Shown: positions 26,567 to 36,442, counted from the stretch's first letter. The stretch is DNA of 42,912 nucleotides from Chloroflexota bacterium (GCA_041176225.1 JBEDDM010000003.1:1-42912); one strand, 5' to 3'. Numbers and translations: made by a program. Notes: generated by a model from the letters alone, not told the origin.

Positions 26567-26660
26567 GTCGACGCGGCCTGCGCCCGCTTCGTGGAGAGAT
26601 TCGCATGAGTTCGTTGACATCTGTCTGGAGTCCTAGCGAAGAGACTGCGATGATGCGCGC

Positions 26661-28037
26661 ATGAGCAACCAACTCCCCCCGCAATCAAGCGACGCCGAAG
26701 AGAGCATTCTCGGCGCACTCCTCATTGACGGCGAGGTGATGCTGGAGATTGCCGACAGCCTCAAGCCCGGCGACTTCTACAAGCCGGCGAACGCAAAGGT
26801 CTACTCCGCCATTCAGCGGCTCTACGAACAGAGCCAGCCGATCGACATCCTTACCGTGTCGGAAGAGCTGGAGCGTCGCGGCCAGATTGAAGAGATTGGC
26901 GGTCGCGCCGCACTCGCAGATCTCTGCGACCGCACACCAACAGCGGTTCACGCAAAGCAATACGCAAAGATCGTTGAGCGAAAGTCCATGCTTCGCGGCC
27001 TGATCGGTGCTGCTGGACGAATCGCATCGATCGGATACGAAGATCCGTCTGACATCTCCGAAGCGATCGATCGTGCAGAGTCTGAACTATTTGCGGTCAG
27101 CGAACGTCGCGCCGCAAACGGCTTCACACAGATCGGTACGCTTGTTGGCGCTGCGTATGACCAACTCGATCGCATGCACCAGAACCGCGGCCAGCTGATG
27201 GGGCTGCGTACTGGGTACACCGCGATTGACACCATCACGCAAGGACTTCAGAACTCTGACTTCATTGTTCTTGCCGCGCGACCATCCGTTGGGAAGACAT
27301 CGCTTGCACTCAACATCGCAGAGAACGTTTCGCTCCGCGAAGGGAAGTCTGTCGGCGTCTTCTCGCTAGAAATGAGCAAGGAGCAGCTGGTGCTTCGTCT
27401 TCTCTCTAGCGTGACGAAGATCAACTCGTTTAATCTTCGCAGTGGCCAAGTCAACGACTTAGACTTTCCGAAGATTGCGGACGCGCTCGGGACGCTCTCA
27501 AGTGCCAAGATGTTCATTGATGACACCGTGAACATTTCGGTGATGGAACTTCGCACGAAGGCGCGACGCTTGAAGATGGAACAGGGTCTTGATCTGCTGA
27601 TCGTTGACTACCTGCAACTGATGCAGCCTGGGCAACAGAACCGCGATGGCAACCGCGTGCAGGAGGTGTCAGACATCTCGCGCGGGCTCAAGGCCCTTGC
27701 GCGTGAGCTCGGAATCCCGATCATTGCCCTCAGCCAGCTTTCGCGTCAGACCGAGGCCCGAGAGAAGGGCGAGCCGCGCCTCTCCGATCTTCGTGAGTCG
27801 GGCGCGATTGAGCAGGATGCTGACGTCGTGATCTTCCTCTACCGCGACGCGGAGCGTAGCGACGACGCCGGCGTGACAGGAGAGGCGATCAACTTCAACG
27901 TTGCCAAGCACCGCAATGGGCCTACAGGGAGCGGCCAACTCTGGTTCCGTAAGGAGGAGACGCGCTTCGTCAATCTGGTCCGCGAGCGCGCACCAGAGCT
28001 CCCCGCACCGGGGGCGGAGGGCGACCCGCTAATGTGA
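26661..28037 (+). CDS. dnaB: Replicative DNA helicase
   Basis: PPQSSDAEESILG, AARPSVGKT, FSLEMS, IVDYLQLM, LSQLSR, DLRESGAIEQDAD, KHRNGPTG; no intein. Confidence 0.97.
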   Translation: MSNQLPPQSSDAEESILGALLIDGEVMLEIADSLKPGDFYKPANAKVYSAIQRLYEQSQPIDILTVSEELERRGQIEEIGGRAALADLCDRTPTAVHAKQYAKIVERKSMLRGLIGAAGRIASIGYEDPSDISEAIDRAESELFAVSERRAANGFTQIGTLVGAAYDQLDRMHQNRGQLMGLRTGYTAIDTITQGLQNSDFIVLAARPSVGKTSLALNIAENVSLREGKSVGVFSLEMSKEQLVLRLLSSVTKINSFNLRSGQVNDLDFPKIADALGTLSSAKMFIDDTVNISVMELRTKARRLKMEQGLDLLIVDYLQLMQPGQQNRDGNRVQEVSDISRGLKALARELGIPIIALSQLSRQTEAREKGEPRLSDLRESGAIEQDADVVIFLYRDAERSDDAGVTGEAINFNVAKHRNGPTGSGQLWFRKEETRFVNLVRERAPELPAPGAEGDPLM

Positions 28038-28041
28038 GGGG

Positions 28042-29274
28042 ATGACCCTCATGCTGATGCGCCCAGAGATGCGGCGCTCCTCGTACCTGTACTTCGTCAT
28101 TGGCCTGATGCAGGCGGCGTATCTCCCCTTCGCTGGAATCGTCCTTCGCGATCGTGGCCTCTCCTTCGAAGCGATCGGTCTGATCGGCGCTGTCAACTCC
28201 ATGATCGCCCTCGCAGCCGGGCCTATCTGGGGTCATCTCGGCGATGCCGTTCTCGGTCGTGCAAATGCGTTCCGGCTTGCACTTGTAAGCGCGGCGGTCG
28301 GCGTCATCCTCTTTGCGATCGGTCCGTTTGCAGGCCTTCCTGGCGCTGCGCTCGCGGCTTTCGCTGGTGCAGGTCTTGTGTCGCTGCTGGATTCAATCGG
28401 CATGGAGCAGCTCGCGCGCGTCGGCGGGCAGTGGGGTCCACTCCGCGCAATCACCAGCTTTAGCTACGCCGCGATGTGCATTCTGAGCGGTGCACTCGTG
28501 GCAAGTGTTGGTGCAATCATGATCGCCCCGCTCTATGGAATCACTGCACTGATTCTCATTGTAGGAACCGTTGGCCTACATACCGCACCCGCGATACAGC
28601 ATGCGTCACGACCAGTACTGAGCGAAGCCGAGGCGGAAATTGAGCGGTCAGAGATTGCGGGCCCGAATGCGGAAATCGCAGTCGCTGGCGATTGGCGCGA
28701 TCGATTCGGCACCGTCACGCTCGCCTTCCAGCAATCTCCGAGGCTCTTTGCGTTTCTGATGCTGAGCCTTCTCGTGAATCTCGGCGCGGGGCTCTTCTAT
28801 GCGTATGGATCATTCCGCATCCAAGAGGTAGGCGGAAGTGCAGCGGCGGTTGCGTTCGGGGGCACCGTCTCCGCAGCCGTTGAGATCCCCTTCTTCCTTG
28901 CTGGCGGACTCGTCGCCGCTCGCCTTGGACTTCGATCACTCTTCTCATTCGGACTTTTTGCGATGGGAATCTGCAGTGTTGGATATGCGTTCATTGATTC
29001 GCCGTACTGGCTCGCGCTCGCGCGCTCGCTCGTTGGCATTGGCTTCGCCTGCACACTCCTCGCGAGCGTGTTGAGTGTCCGCGCAATCGTTCCAGCTGCG
29101 CTGCAAGCAACCGGTCAAGCGTTGTACCAGAGCGTCTCCTATGGGCTTGCGGTCGCAATCGCTGCACTCGTTGGCGGAATCATTTACGGAGAACTGGGTG
29201 CGGCGCCGCTCTTCCTCTTATCTGGCGCAGTCATGTTTGGCGCAATCCCGTTTGCATGGCGGGTGCTTCGCTAA
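28042..29274 (+). CDS. MFS transporter (MFS_1-like)
   Basis: About 12 TM; PIWGHLGD, EIPFF, QATGQALY, GGIIY. Confidence 0.88.
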   Translation: MTLMLMRPEMRRSSYLYFVIGLMQAAYLPFAGIVLRDRGLSFEAIGLIGAVNSMIALAAGPIWGHLGDAVLGRANAFRLALVSAAVGVILFAIGPFAGLPGAALAAFAGAGLVSLLDSIGMEQLARVGGQWGPLRAITSFSYAAMCILSGALVASVGAIMIAPLYGITALILIVGTVGLHTAPAIQHASRPVLSEAEAEIERSEIAGPNAEIAVAGDWRDRFGTVTLAFQQSPRLFAFLMLSLLVNLGAGLFYAYGSFRIQEVGGSAAAVAFGGTVSAAVEIPFFLAGGLVAARLGLRSLFSFGLFAMGICSVGYAFIDSPYWLALARSLVGIGFACTLLASVLSVRAIVPAALQATGQALYQSVSYGLAVAIAALVGGIIYGELGAAPLFLLSGAVMFGAIPFAWRVLR

Positions 29275-29287
29275 ACCGAGCAGAACG

Positions 29288-30247
29288 TTAGGACTTTGCG
29301 AAGATCTCCATCATTAGATCCACAAAGCGCTGCGCGTTCGCATCAAAGGCAACTGCTGCGTTCGGCTCCTTCCCTCCACGGAAGTGCGTGTCGACGACCG
29401 TTCGTCCGAGCGTGAGCGTCCCGGTCGTCTCCACAGCAACGTGATGCCTGCTCGTGGTGATGATGTTCGGCTCAACAAGTGCGGCGACACAGAGCGCGTC
29501 GTGCACAGGGGCTGACTCCGGAACATCCATCTTCTGGCTGCTCTCGTAGCTCGCAACGCGGCGCTGGATGAAGATGGCGGCCGCTTTTCCCGCTGGTGTG
29601 CCGAGCGCTTCGAGTGCATCGCACTGGGCCGCGGTGACGAGAGCCTTATGAGTAGCGTCGAGCGGCACCATCAACACATTCTTGAAGCCCGCGTCAAAGA
29701 CGCTTGCGGCGGCTTCGGGGTCAGCCCAGATATTGAATTCGGCGGATGGGGTCATGTTCCCCACTTCATGGCCGCCCCCCATGATGATCAGCTGCGGCAC
29801 CCACTCAGCGAACTTCGGCTCCTGGGCGACTGCGGCGGCAATGTTCGTGAGTGGCCCAATTGGCATCAAGGTGATCGGCTCCGTTGCCGTTCGATACGTC
29901 TCAATCAGCCACTCAACGGCGCGGTTCGAGGCCGCCCCACGCGTGCTGCGCGGGATGTCGAGATACGTGCCGTGCGGATCCTGCACGGAGTCTGCCTTGA
30001 AGAAGCGCTCTGCGGGCATCGTCTTCCGGACGAGCGGTCGAGGCAGCCCTGCGTGCACGGGGATATCTGAGCGGCCGATCAGGTCCAGTACGGAGATGCT
30101 GTTGGTGGTGGTTGCCGTCAGCGGCGCATTCCCGAACACCGTACTCACGCCAATCAGGTCAATCTCAGGGTGAAGCGCCGCGAGCATCAGCGCGACGGCG
30201 TCATCCGTCCCCGTGTCGCAGTCAATGATTAGCCCCTTTTTCCCCAT
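29288..30247 (-). CDS. Inosine/uridine-preferring nucleoside hydrolase
   Basis: IDCDTGTDDA, GPLTN, IMGG, AEFNIWADPEAA, PVHDA; ATG 30247 with TATGAT 6 nt upstream. Confidence 0.93.
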   Translation of the reverse strand: MGKKGLIIDCDTGTDDAVALMLAALHPEIDLIGVSTVFGNAPLTATTTNSISVLDLIGRSDIPVHAGLPRPLVRKTMPAERFFKADSVQDPHGTYLDIPRSTRGAASNRAVEWLIETYRTATEPITLMPIGPLTNIAAAVAQEPKFAEWVPQLIIMGGGHEVGNMTPSAEFNIWADPEAAASVFDAGFKNVLMVPLDATHKALVTAAQCDALEALGTPAGKAAAIFIQRRVASYESSQKMDVPESAPVHDALCVAALVEPNIITTSRHHVAVETTGTLTLGRTVVDTHFRGGKEPNAAVAFDANAQRFVDLMMEIFAKS

Positions 30248-30373
30248 GCTTTGATCATACGTGGGCGCGGGAGACAAGCACCGACCTGGTACGCGATTGA
30301 TACATGGGAACACCTCACTATCCCCGCAGCCGATTCGCGGCACCCGCTGCGACGGCGTGGAAGGGAGAGGGCC

Positions 30374-32104
30374 ATGCGAAAGCAGATGCAGTTCAGTGTG
30401 GAACGGCCACGGCTGGAGCGGGAGCTTGATCGACTGGAGGCGGGAGGCCTTGGGGTGATCGCTGGGAGCGCCGGCTACGGAAAGAGCAGTTCGGTCGCGT
30501 CATGGGCATCACGTCTCGGCACGCCAGTGCGCTGGATCCGCGGTGCAGAGCGACTGTCGGATGCTCTCCTCTTTGCGGCCGAAGACGACGGCGGGATCTG
30601 GTTGCCACGACTTGGACGTGCGGCACGAAAGAAGAGCCGCATTGACACGTGTGCCGCTTCGCTCTGTGCGGATCTTGCTGCCCCGTATGCATCTCTCACG
30701 CTAATTATTGATAACACCGACGCGCTGACGGAAGACCCTGAATCACTCGCGATGCTCCGCGCCATTGCGGAGCGAGACCCAGATGGGTCACGAGTGATCT
30801 TCATTGGACGACGACGTGCAGCGCTACGGCTCGCCACAGCACGCAGTAAGCGCGCGGTTCTTGAGGTCGGTGCGGTGGCGCTGCGTGTCTCACCCCAGCA
30901 GACGCGTCAGATTGCGGAGGCGCGTGGGTGGCGCGGCACGCCTTCGCAACTTGAAGAGGTGCGGCGTGGTGCCGCTGGCAACGGTGGCATTCTCTCCGCG
31001 TGGCTCTCTCGTGCAGATGACCGCTCTTCAACGCGTGATCTTGATGACTTCATCCGACGCGACGTGGTCGGTGGATGCGAGCCACTGCTGCGACGGCTTG
31101 CAGAGGAGCGAAGCGAAACGACCAACCTGCACATGCTTCAGTCGCTCTGGGGTGAAGGGCTGCTGATCGCTCCTGCCGAAGACGATGAGCTTGGTCGCGA
31201 AGGGTGGGAGATCCCGAAAATGATTGCTGCGGCACTCTCCCTCCCAGGCGAGATCGCTACAGGGCTGCCGCACCCTCCGGGCACGCAGCGCACGCACGTG
31301 CGTGAGATGCCGCGTGAGCAAGATCGTCGTGTCTTCATTCACGACCTTGGACCCCTCCACATGGAGGTTGATGGACGCACGGTCGATGGGGCCGCAATCC
31401 GGCCACGTTCACTCGCGCTACTGACTTACCTCGCCACGCGGCCGCGACATTCGGCGACGCGTGACGAAGCGATTGATGCGCTTTGGCCAGAGGCTGACGC
31501 GCAGGCAGGCTTGAACTCGTTAAACCAGGCGATCTATCACTTGAGACGAGCGATCGACCCAGACTACGACGCATCGCCAGAAGGGGGAGCGACGCCGTAT
31601 GTGCGCCATGAAGCGGAGATCGTCTCCATGCACCCAGAACTGGTCTGCTTTGATTCGGCCTCCCTTACCACACGCCTCAACCGAATCCGCATCCGACCTC
31701 GCACCGAGGAGATTGAGGGGTTACTCGATGACTACCGCGGCGCGTTTGGCTCGGAGCTCCCCTTTGAGCCGTGGGTGCAGCGCTATCGCGGGACGATTGA
31801 GGTCAGCCTCATGACCATGGTGGAACGAGCAATCCAGTCCGCACATGCGGCAGGAGATTACGATCGCGCGATCAACCTTGCGGCTCGCGCCACTCGCATT
31901 GATCCAGAGAGCGGCGAACTACTAGAGAGCCTCGCCCTGATGCTCGCTGAGGATGGCGCGCTCGCAGGGGCGCGGCGTGCGGCACGGCGTGCGATTGCGC
32001 TCTTTGAGGAGATGGAGATTGCTCCTCCGCGTGACCTAGTGCAGCTCAGCGCGGGGGGCGAGTTAGATCGCGGGATTCGCGCGCGTACGAACGAACCACA
32101 CTGA
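30374..32104 (+). CDS. Transcriptional regulator: MalT-like P-loop, winged helix and BTAD (SARP-type)
   Basis: RPRL...GSAGYGKS Walker A, LIIDN Walker B; LGPL...LLTYLA...LWPE...LRRAI wHTH; YRGAF...W BTAD; SD GGGAG. Confidence 0.82.
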   Translation: MRKQMQFSVERPRLERELDRLEAGGLGVIAGSAGYGKSSSVASWASRLGTPVRWIRGAERLSDALLFAAEDDGGIWLPRLGRAARKKSRIDTCAASLCADLAAPYASLTLIIDNTDALTEDPESLAMLRAIAERDPDGSRVIFIGRRRAALRLATARSKRAVLEVGAVALRVSPQQTRQIAEARGWRGTPSQLEEVRRGAAGNGGILSAWLSRADDRSSTRDLDDFIRRDVVGGCEPLLRRLAEERSETTNLHMLQSLWGEGLLIAPAEDDELGREGWEIPKMIAAALSLPGEIATGLPHPPGTQRTHVREMPREQDRRVFIHDLGPLHMEVDGRTVDGAAIRPRSLALLTYLATRPRHSATRDEAIDALWPEADAQAGLNSLNQAIYHLRRAIDPDYDASPEGGATPYVRHEAEIVSMHPELVCFDSASLTTRLNRIRIRPRTEEIEGLLDDYRGAFGSELPFEPWVQRYRGTIEVSLMTMVERAIQSAHAAGDYDRAINLAARATRIDPESGELLESLALMLAEDGALAGARRAARRAIALFEEMEIAPPRDLVQLSAGGELDRGIRARTNEPH

Positions 32105-32195
32105 TCACGGTAGTGGATTCGACGAGCGCTGCGCGTCGCATTGGCTCCGGATGCGTAGTGTATCGCTGGGGCCACGCTCGCTCGCCTTAGCATTA

Positions 32196-32224
32196 TTGAT
32201 ACTCGGTATCATATGTGCTAGGCT
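32196..32224 (+). promoter_or_regulatory. zur promoter with a Fur/Zur-type operator
   Basis: TTGATA-17-TAGGCT-6-ATG; palindrome TGATAC-TCG-GTATCA (32197-32211) overlaps the -35. Confidence 0.75.
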
Positions 32225-32230
32225 CTGGCC

Positions 32231-32653
32231 ATGGCAGAAGAGATGCTCGACGCACTGGATCGCGCAGGGGTGCGCCTGACCGGCCCACGCCGGAAGCTCG
32301 CCGCGCTCATTGAGCGCCGCGAGGGGCACTTCACCGCCGCGGACCTTCTGAAGGATGCGGGTCGGCGGAGGATGGGGATCGGACGCGCAACCGTCTTTCG
32401 ACTCCTAGAGCTCCTCAGCGAGCAGGGGCTGGTAGAGCGGATTGACCTCCCAGACGGAACGCACGCCTACATCCCATGCGAGCCAACCCACCATCATCAT
32501 CTTGTCTGCCTCAACTGTGGCGCTACAACCGATGTGGACGACTGCGGGATTGAAGCGGTCACGCGCGAAGCGGCGCGCCGCTCTGGTTTCAAGATTGAAC
32601 AGCACCGGCTTGAACTCTTCGGCCGCTGTCCCGACTGCCGCTCCGCCAACTAG
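32231..32653 (+). CDS. zur: Fur-family zinc uptake regulator
   Basis: RLTGPR, HFTA, GRATVFR, HHHHLVCLNCG, GRCPDC; heads a metal ABC operon. Confidence 0.88.
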   Translation: MAEEMLDALDRAGVRLTGPRRKLAALIERREGHFTAADLLKDAGRRRMGIGRATVFRLLELLSEQGLVERIDLPDGTHAYIPCEPTHHHHLVCLNCGATTDVDDCGIEAVTREAARRSGFKIEQHRLELFGRCPDCRSAN

Positions 32654-32668
32654 GCGGAGCAGTTTTTT
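32640..32668 (+). terminator. Intrinsic terminator-like hairpin overlapping the zur stop
   Basis: GCTCCGCC-AACTA-GGCGGAGC followed by AGTTTTTT. Confidence 0.6.
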
Positions 32669-32705
32669 AACCGCCTAGCAACGCTAGGCATACAAAGGAG
32701 GAACC

Positions 32706-33710
32706 ATGAGACTAGGTATCAAGAGATCTGTATGGACGGCAGTTGGCGCAGCGATTGCGTCGCTCGTCCTGGTTGCTGGATGCAACGGGAGCGCGGCCTC
32801 GCCGTCACCTAGCGAGAGTGCCGGAACAACTGCTGACTACACCGTGATTGCAACAACCAGCGTGTTTGCTGATCTTGCGCAACTTGCGCTTGGTGACAAC
32901 GTAACGATTGAAACGATCATCCCGGCTGGTGTTGATGTCCATACGTTTGAGCCATCACCGGCCGACGCACAGAAGCTTGCTTCCGCAGACCTGATTGTCA
33001 TGAACGGACTTGGCCTTGATGAGTGGGCACTCTCGCTGCTCGAAGCGGCTGGCAAGAGCGAAGAGGATGTGCTTGAGCTTGCAGAGGGTATCGACGAGAG
33101 CAACGCGTGGGTCTACCTCGAGGGAGAGGAGCACGATGAAGAAGAGGGTGAAGAGCACAGCGAAGAAGAGGGTGAAGAGCACGGACATGGTGGTACCGAC
33201 CCGCACATCTGGCTCGACCCAAAGGGCGCGGCAATCTACGTGAATCGCATTGCCGCGCGAGTGGCAGCGGAACTTCCGGAGCGTGCGGCGGAGATTGAGT
33301 CAGCACGTGATGCAGGACTCGCTGAGATCGCAGCCCTGGACGAAGAGTTGCGAGTCGGATTTGCAGCGGTAGAGGCTTCCTCGCGCAAGATCGTCACATT
33401 CCACGACGCATTCGGCTATTTCGCTCGCGCCTATGAGATTGAGATCGTTGGCGTTGCGGTGGAAGCACCGGGACAAGAGCCGAGCGCGAAGGAGATTGCA
33501 GCGTTGATTGACGCAATCAAGGCGGCTGGAGTGACGTCGGTCTTCAGTGAAGCGCAGTTTCCGTCAAAGGTCCTCGATCAGGTTGCGGCAGAAACTGGCG
33601 CGACCGTCCTTGAGAACCTCTACTCCGATGCGCTCGGTGACGCACCTGCGAACAGCTACCTTGGCGCGATGCGTGCAAATGCATCAGCGATCTTGGCTTC
33701 GTTCAAGTAG
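32706..33710 (+). CDS. znuA: Zn/Mn ABC transporter solute-binding lipoprotein
   Basis: Lipobox VAGC; DVHTFEP, NGLGLD, DPHIWLDP, FHDAFGYF; His/Glu-rich loop; SD AAAGGAGG. Confidence 0.92.
   Translation: MRLGIKRSVWTAVGAAIASLVLVAGCNGSAASPSPSESAGTTADYTVIATTSVFADLAQLALGDNVTIETIIPAGVDVHTFEPSPADAQKLASADLIVMNGLGLDEWALSLLEAAGKSEEDVLELAEGIDESNAWVYLEGEEHDEEEGEEHSEEEGEEHGHGGTDPHIWLDPKGAAIYVNRIAARVAAELPERAAEIESARDAGLAEIAALDEELRVGFAAVEASSRKIVTFHDAFGYFARAYEIEIVGVAVEAPGQEPSAKEIAALIDAIKAAGVTSVFSEAQFPSKVLDQVAAETGATVLENLYSDALGDAPANSYLGAMRANASAILASFK
33129..33182 (+). repeat. 24-bp tandem repeat (2.25 copies) encoding the EHxEEEGE loop of ZnuA
   Basis: GAGCACgatGAAGAAGAGGGTGAA GAGCACagcGAAGAAGAGGGTGAA GAGCAC. 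Confidence 0.85.
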
Positions 33711-33725
33711 TGCGATGATGGTGCA

Positions 33726-34571
33726 ATGAACGAACGCGTTGCACCATCAGTTCTCGAAGGCCGCACGCCCTCCTCGCATCCTGGGGGGCGTGCGGTCACT
33801 ATCTCCAACATCACTGCAGGCTACGGTGAACGCGCCGCCATCAGCGATATCACCCTTGAGCTTGCTCAAGGCTCTCTCACCGCCATTTTCGGTCCGAACG
33901 GCGGCGGGAAGTCCACGCTGCTGAAGTGCATCGCTGGACTCATGCGTCCGTGGTTTGGAACGATTGAGGTGCTTGGGGCACCGGTCGGAGTCCACGCAGC
34001 GCGCGTTGCGTATGTCCCTCAGGCAGAACAAGTGGATTGGAGTTTTCCGATCGCCGTTGATGAGGTGGTGGCGATGGGGCGTACGCCACGGATTGGGCCG
34101 CTCGGTCGTGCTGGTGCCGCAGATCGTGCCGCAGTTGCGGAGGCGTTGGAACGCGTAGACATGGCAGACCTTGCGTCGCGTCAGATCGGCGAACTCTCCG
34201 GTGGACAGCGGCGACGCGTCTTCATTGCGCGCGCACTCGCTGCGGACCCTGAGATCTACCTGCTCGACGAGCCTGTCACGGGGGTGGATCCTGTCACGCA
34301 GGAGAAGATCATGAACATCTTGGATGCCGAGGCGGCTCGCGGTCGGACGGTGGTAGCAACCACGCACGACCTTGCCTGCGCCGCTCAACGGTTCCATGAC
34401 GTGGTTGCGCTCGCTGGCAGGGTGGTGGCACACGGCCCCGCGCAACTCGTGCTTGATCGCGAAGTGCTGGAGAAGACGTACGGCGGCCACCTTGTCCCCC
34501 TCGCGGATGGGGGCGTTGTACTCCTTGATGACCCACACCACTCACACGGCAGCCACGAGGGTCACGAGTGA
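33726..34571 (+). CDS. znuC: Zn/Mn ABC transporter ATP-binding protein
   Basis: GPNGGGKST, YVPQ, LSGGQRRR, LLDEP, THD; His-rich C-terminal tail. Confidence 0.92.
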   Translation: MNERVAPSVLEGRTPSSHPGGRAVTISNITAGYGERAAISDITLELAQGSLTAIFGPNGGGKSTLLKCIAGLMRPWFGTIEVLGAPVGVHAARVAYVPQAEQVDWSFPIAVDEVVAMGRTPRIGPLGRAGAADRAAVAEALERVDMADLASRQIGELSGGQRRRVFIARALAADPEIYLLDEPVTGVDPVTQEKIMNILDAEAARGRTVVATTHDLACAAQRFHDVVALAGRVVAHGPAQLVLDREVLEKTYGGHLVPLADGGVVLLDDPHHSHGSHEGHE

Positions 34572-35401
34572 ACCCGATCGACCTACTCCTCGAACCGCTC
34601 GCCTACGACTTCTTCGTGCGCGCCCTTGTGGCAAGCGCGTTGGTGGGGGTGGCGTGCGCCGTGGTCGGCTCGTTCGTGGTGTTGAAAGGGATGAGCTTCA
34701 TCGGCGACGCGGTGAGCCACGCAGCCTTCCCGGGCATCGTGATCGCCTACATGCTCGGGCTCCCAATCATCCTTGGTGGCGCCGTTGCTGCGATCGGCAC
34801 AGCATTAGGGATTGGCGTACTGACGCGTCGCTCTGGACTTCGCGCTGACTCAATCATTGGCGTCCTCTTTGCGGGGATGTTCGCGCTTGGCGTTGCACTC
34901 TTCTCGTCAATCCCGAACTATGTCGGTGATCTCTTCTCATTCCTCTTTGGCGATGTGCTCGGCATCAGCGTATCGGACATGGCCGCGCTAAGCGTGCTCG
35001 TGGTTGCGCTCCTTCTTGTGATTCGTGCGCTGTGGAAGGAGCTCCTCTTTGCAACGTTCGACCCGCTCGGTGCAGGGGCCGCAGGTCTCCCCGTACGTCG
35101 CCTTGACGATCTCCTTCTCATCCTGATCGCGGTGACAATCGTGATCAGCCTGCAAGCGGTTGGCATTGTCTTGGTGGTGGCCATGATCACTACACCTGCG
35201 GCAACGGCGCAGTTGCTCGTCAAGCGATTCGGCCAGATGATTGGAGTTGCCGCGCTCATTGGTGTGACCGCTGCAGTCGCCGGACTCTACCTTAGCTATG
35301 CGCTGGATCTTGCATCTGGGGCTGCGATCGTCTTGTTTGAAACTGCGCTCTTCCTGGTTGTCCTACTTGCCACGTCGCTGCGCGGACGACGCACTGCGTG
35401 A
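34568..35401 (+). CDS. znuB: Zn/Mn ABC transporter permease
   Basis: GDAVSHAAFPG, LFGDVL, FDP, PAATA (ABC-3 family). Confidence 0.92.
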   Translation: MNPIDLLLEPLAYDFFVRALVASALVGVACAVVGSFVVLKGMSFIGDAVSHAAFPGIVIAYMLGLPIILGGAVAAIGTALGIGVLTRRSGLRADSIIGVLFAGMFALGVALFSSIPNYVGDLFSFLFGDVLGISVSDMAALSVLVVALLLVIRALWKELLFATFDPLGAGAAGLPVRRLDDLLLILIAVTIVISLQAVGIVLVVAMITTPAATAQLLVKRFGQMIGVAALIGVTAAVAGLYLSYALDLASGAAIVLFETALFLVVLLATSLRGRRTA

Positions 35402-36349
35402 TTAACTGCTGCTGAGTTCGCGAAGGCCAGCGAAGAGGTCTTTCTCGGGCAGCGTTGGCGCTACGTCAAGTCGATGAGCAATGAGTCGGTACTGCTCCCG
35501 CGCACCGAGCGCAATCTGATCCTCTTCACTCAGAATTAGCAGCGGACCATCCGGCTTGATCTGCGTTGCGTGCGCCTGGATTGCACGTCGTTTTGCAGCG
35601 AGGTGTTTGCGGATGTCAATGCGTGTGGTGATGATCTCGTCTGGGCAGGCCATGGCGGCGCGCCACGTGCGCCACTTCTCTAGATCTTCTGGTGTTGCAT
35701 CTTTCGGCTCGCTCCACCACGACTCAATCCCACGCGATTCAAGGAGTGCGAGTACCGCGTCTCGTTGCGAATCTGGGATGCGAGTTTCGTAGAGTTTCTT
35801 CGGCGCCCACGCTGGCCCCGCTTCTGGTCGCCACGCTGGATCACCCGCCACCTCCCACGCTCGACGCGTGGTCTTGGCGGCGGCGATGTGGTCTGGGTGC
35901 CCATATCCACCAAAGTCATCGTACGTGGCAAGCACGTCGGGTCGCGCGCTGCGAATCAGGCGCACCAGTGGTTCGGTTGTTGCGTCGAGGTCGGTGCTGA
36001 CGTGTTGGTGGAAGGAGCGTGGATCGGCATTCTCTTCGCTCCCCTCCATCCCGGAGTCTCGGTATCCGAGGTTCTCCCATCGCTGTACACCGAGGGCACG
36101 CATCGCCGCGGCAATTTCGCCCATCCTCGTTTCGCCGAGCCGTTCGTGCTCCTCGGGCGTATCGCGCTCTGGGATGACAATTTCGCCAAGCTCGCCGCGC
36201 GTGCCCGTAACAACGATTACGTCAGTCGACTCGCCGCGCGCGGCGGCGTGCGTTGCCGCGTAGTGCGCCAGGGTGCCACCCATGCTGATCGTCTCGTCAT
36301 CTGGGTGGGCGTGCACCGCCATCAGGAGAAGTCGTCCTTCGTTGTCCAT
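35402..36349 (-). CDS. PIG-L/LmbE family N-deacetylase (MshB/Mca-like)
   Basis: AVHAHPDDE, TRGELGE, YRDSGM, GGYGHPDH, AHATQ. Confidence 0.9.
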   Translation of the reverse strand: MDNEGRLLLMAVHAHPDDETISMGGTLAHYAATHAAARGESTDVIVVTGTRGELGEIVIPERDTPEEHERLGETRMGEIAAAMRALGVQRWENLGYRDSGMEGSEENADPRSFHQHVSTDLDATTEPLVRLIRSARPDVLATYDDFGGYGHPDHIAAAKTTRRAWEVAGDPAWRPEAGPAWAPKKLYETRIPDSQRDAVLALLESRGIESWWSEPKDATPEDLEKWRTWRAAMACPDEIITTRIDIRKHLAAKRRAIQAHATQIKPDGPLLILSEEDQIALGAREQYRLIAHRLDVAPTLPEKDLFAGLRELSSS

Positions 36350-36442
36350 GCCCGCATCGTACGCGGGTACCGCAGGGGGGCGCGCGGGTCGGCTACCCTA
36401 GACGCACTAAGCCGTGCGTAGGAGCGCGAGATAGGGGGCGAA

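Noticed and set aside
26526-26660. Chromosomal origin (oriC)
   Set aside because: Only two convincing DnaA boxes, no AT-rich unwinding element, and no dnaA or dnaN nearby.
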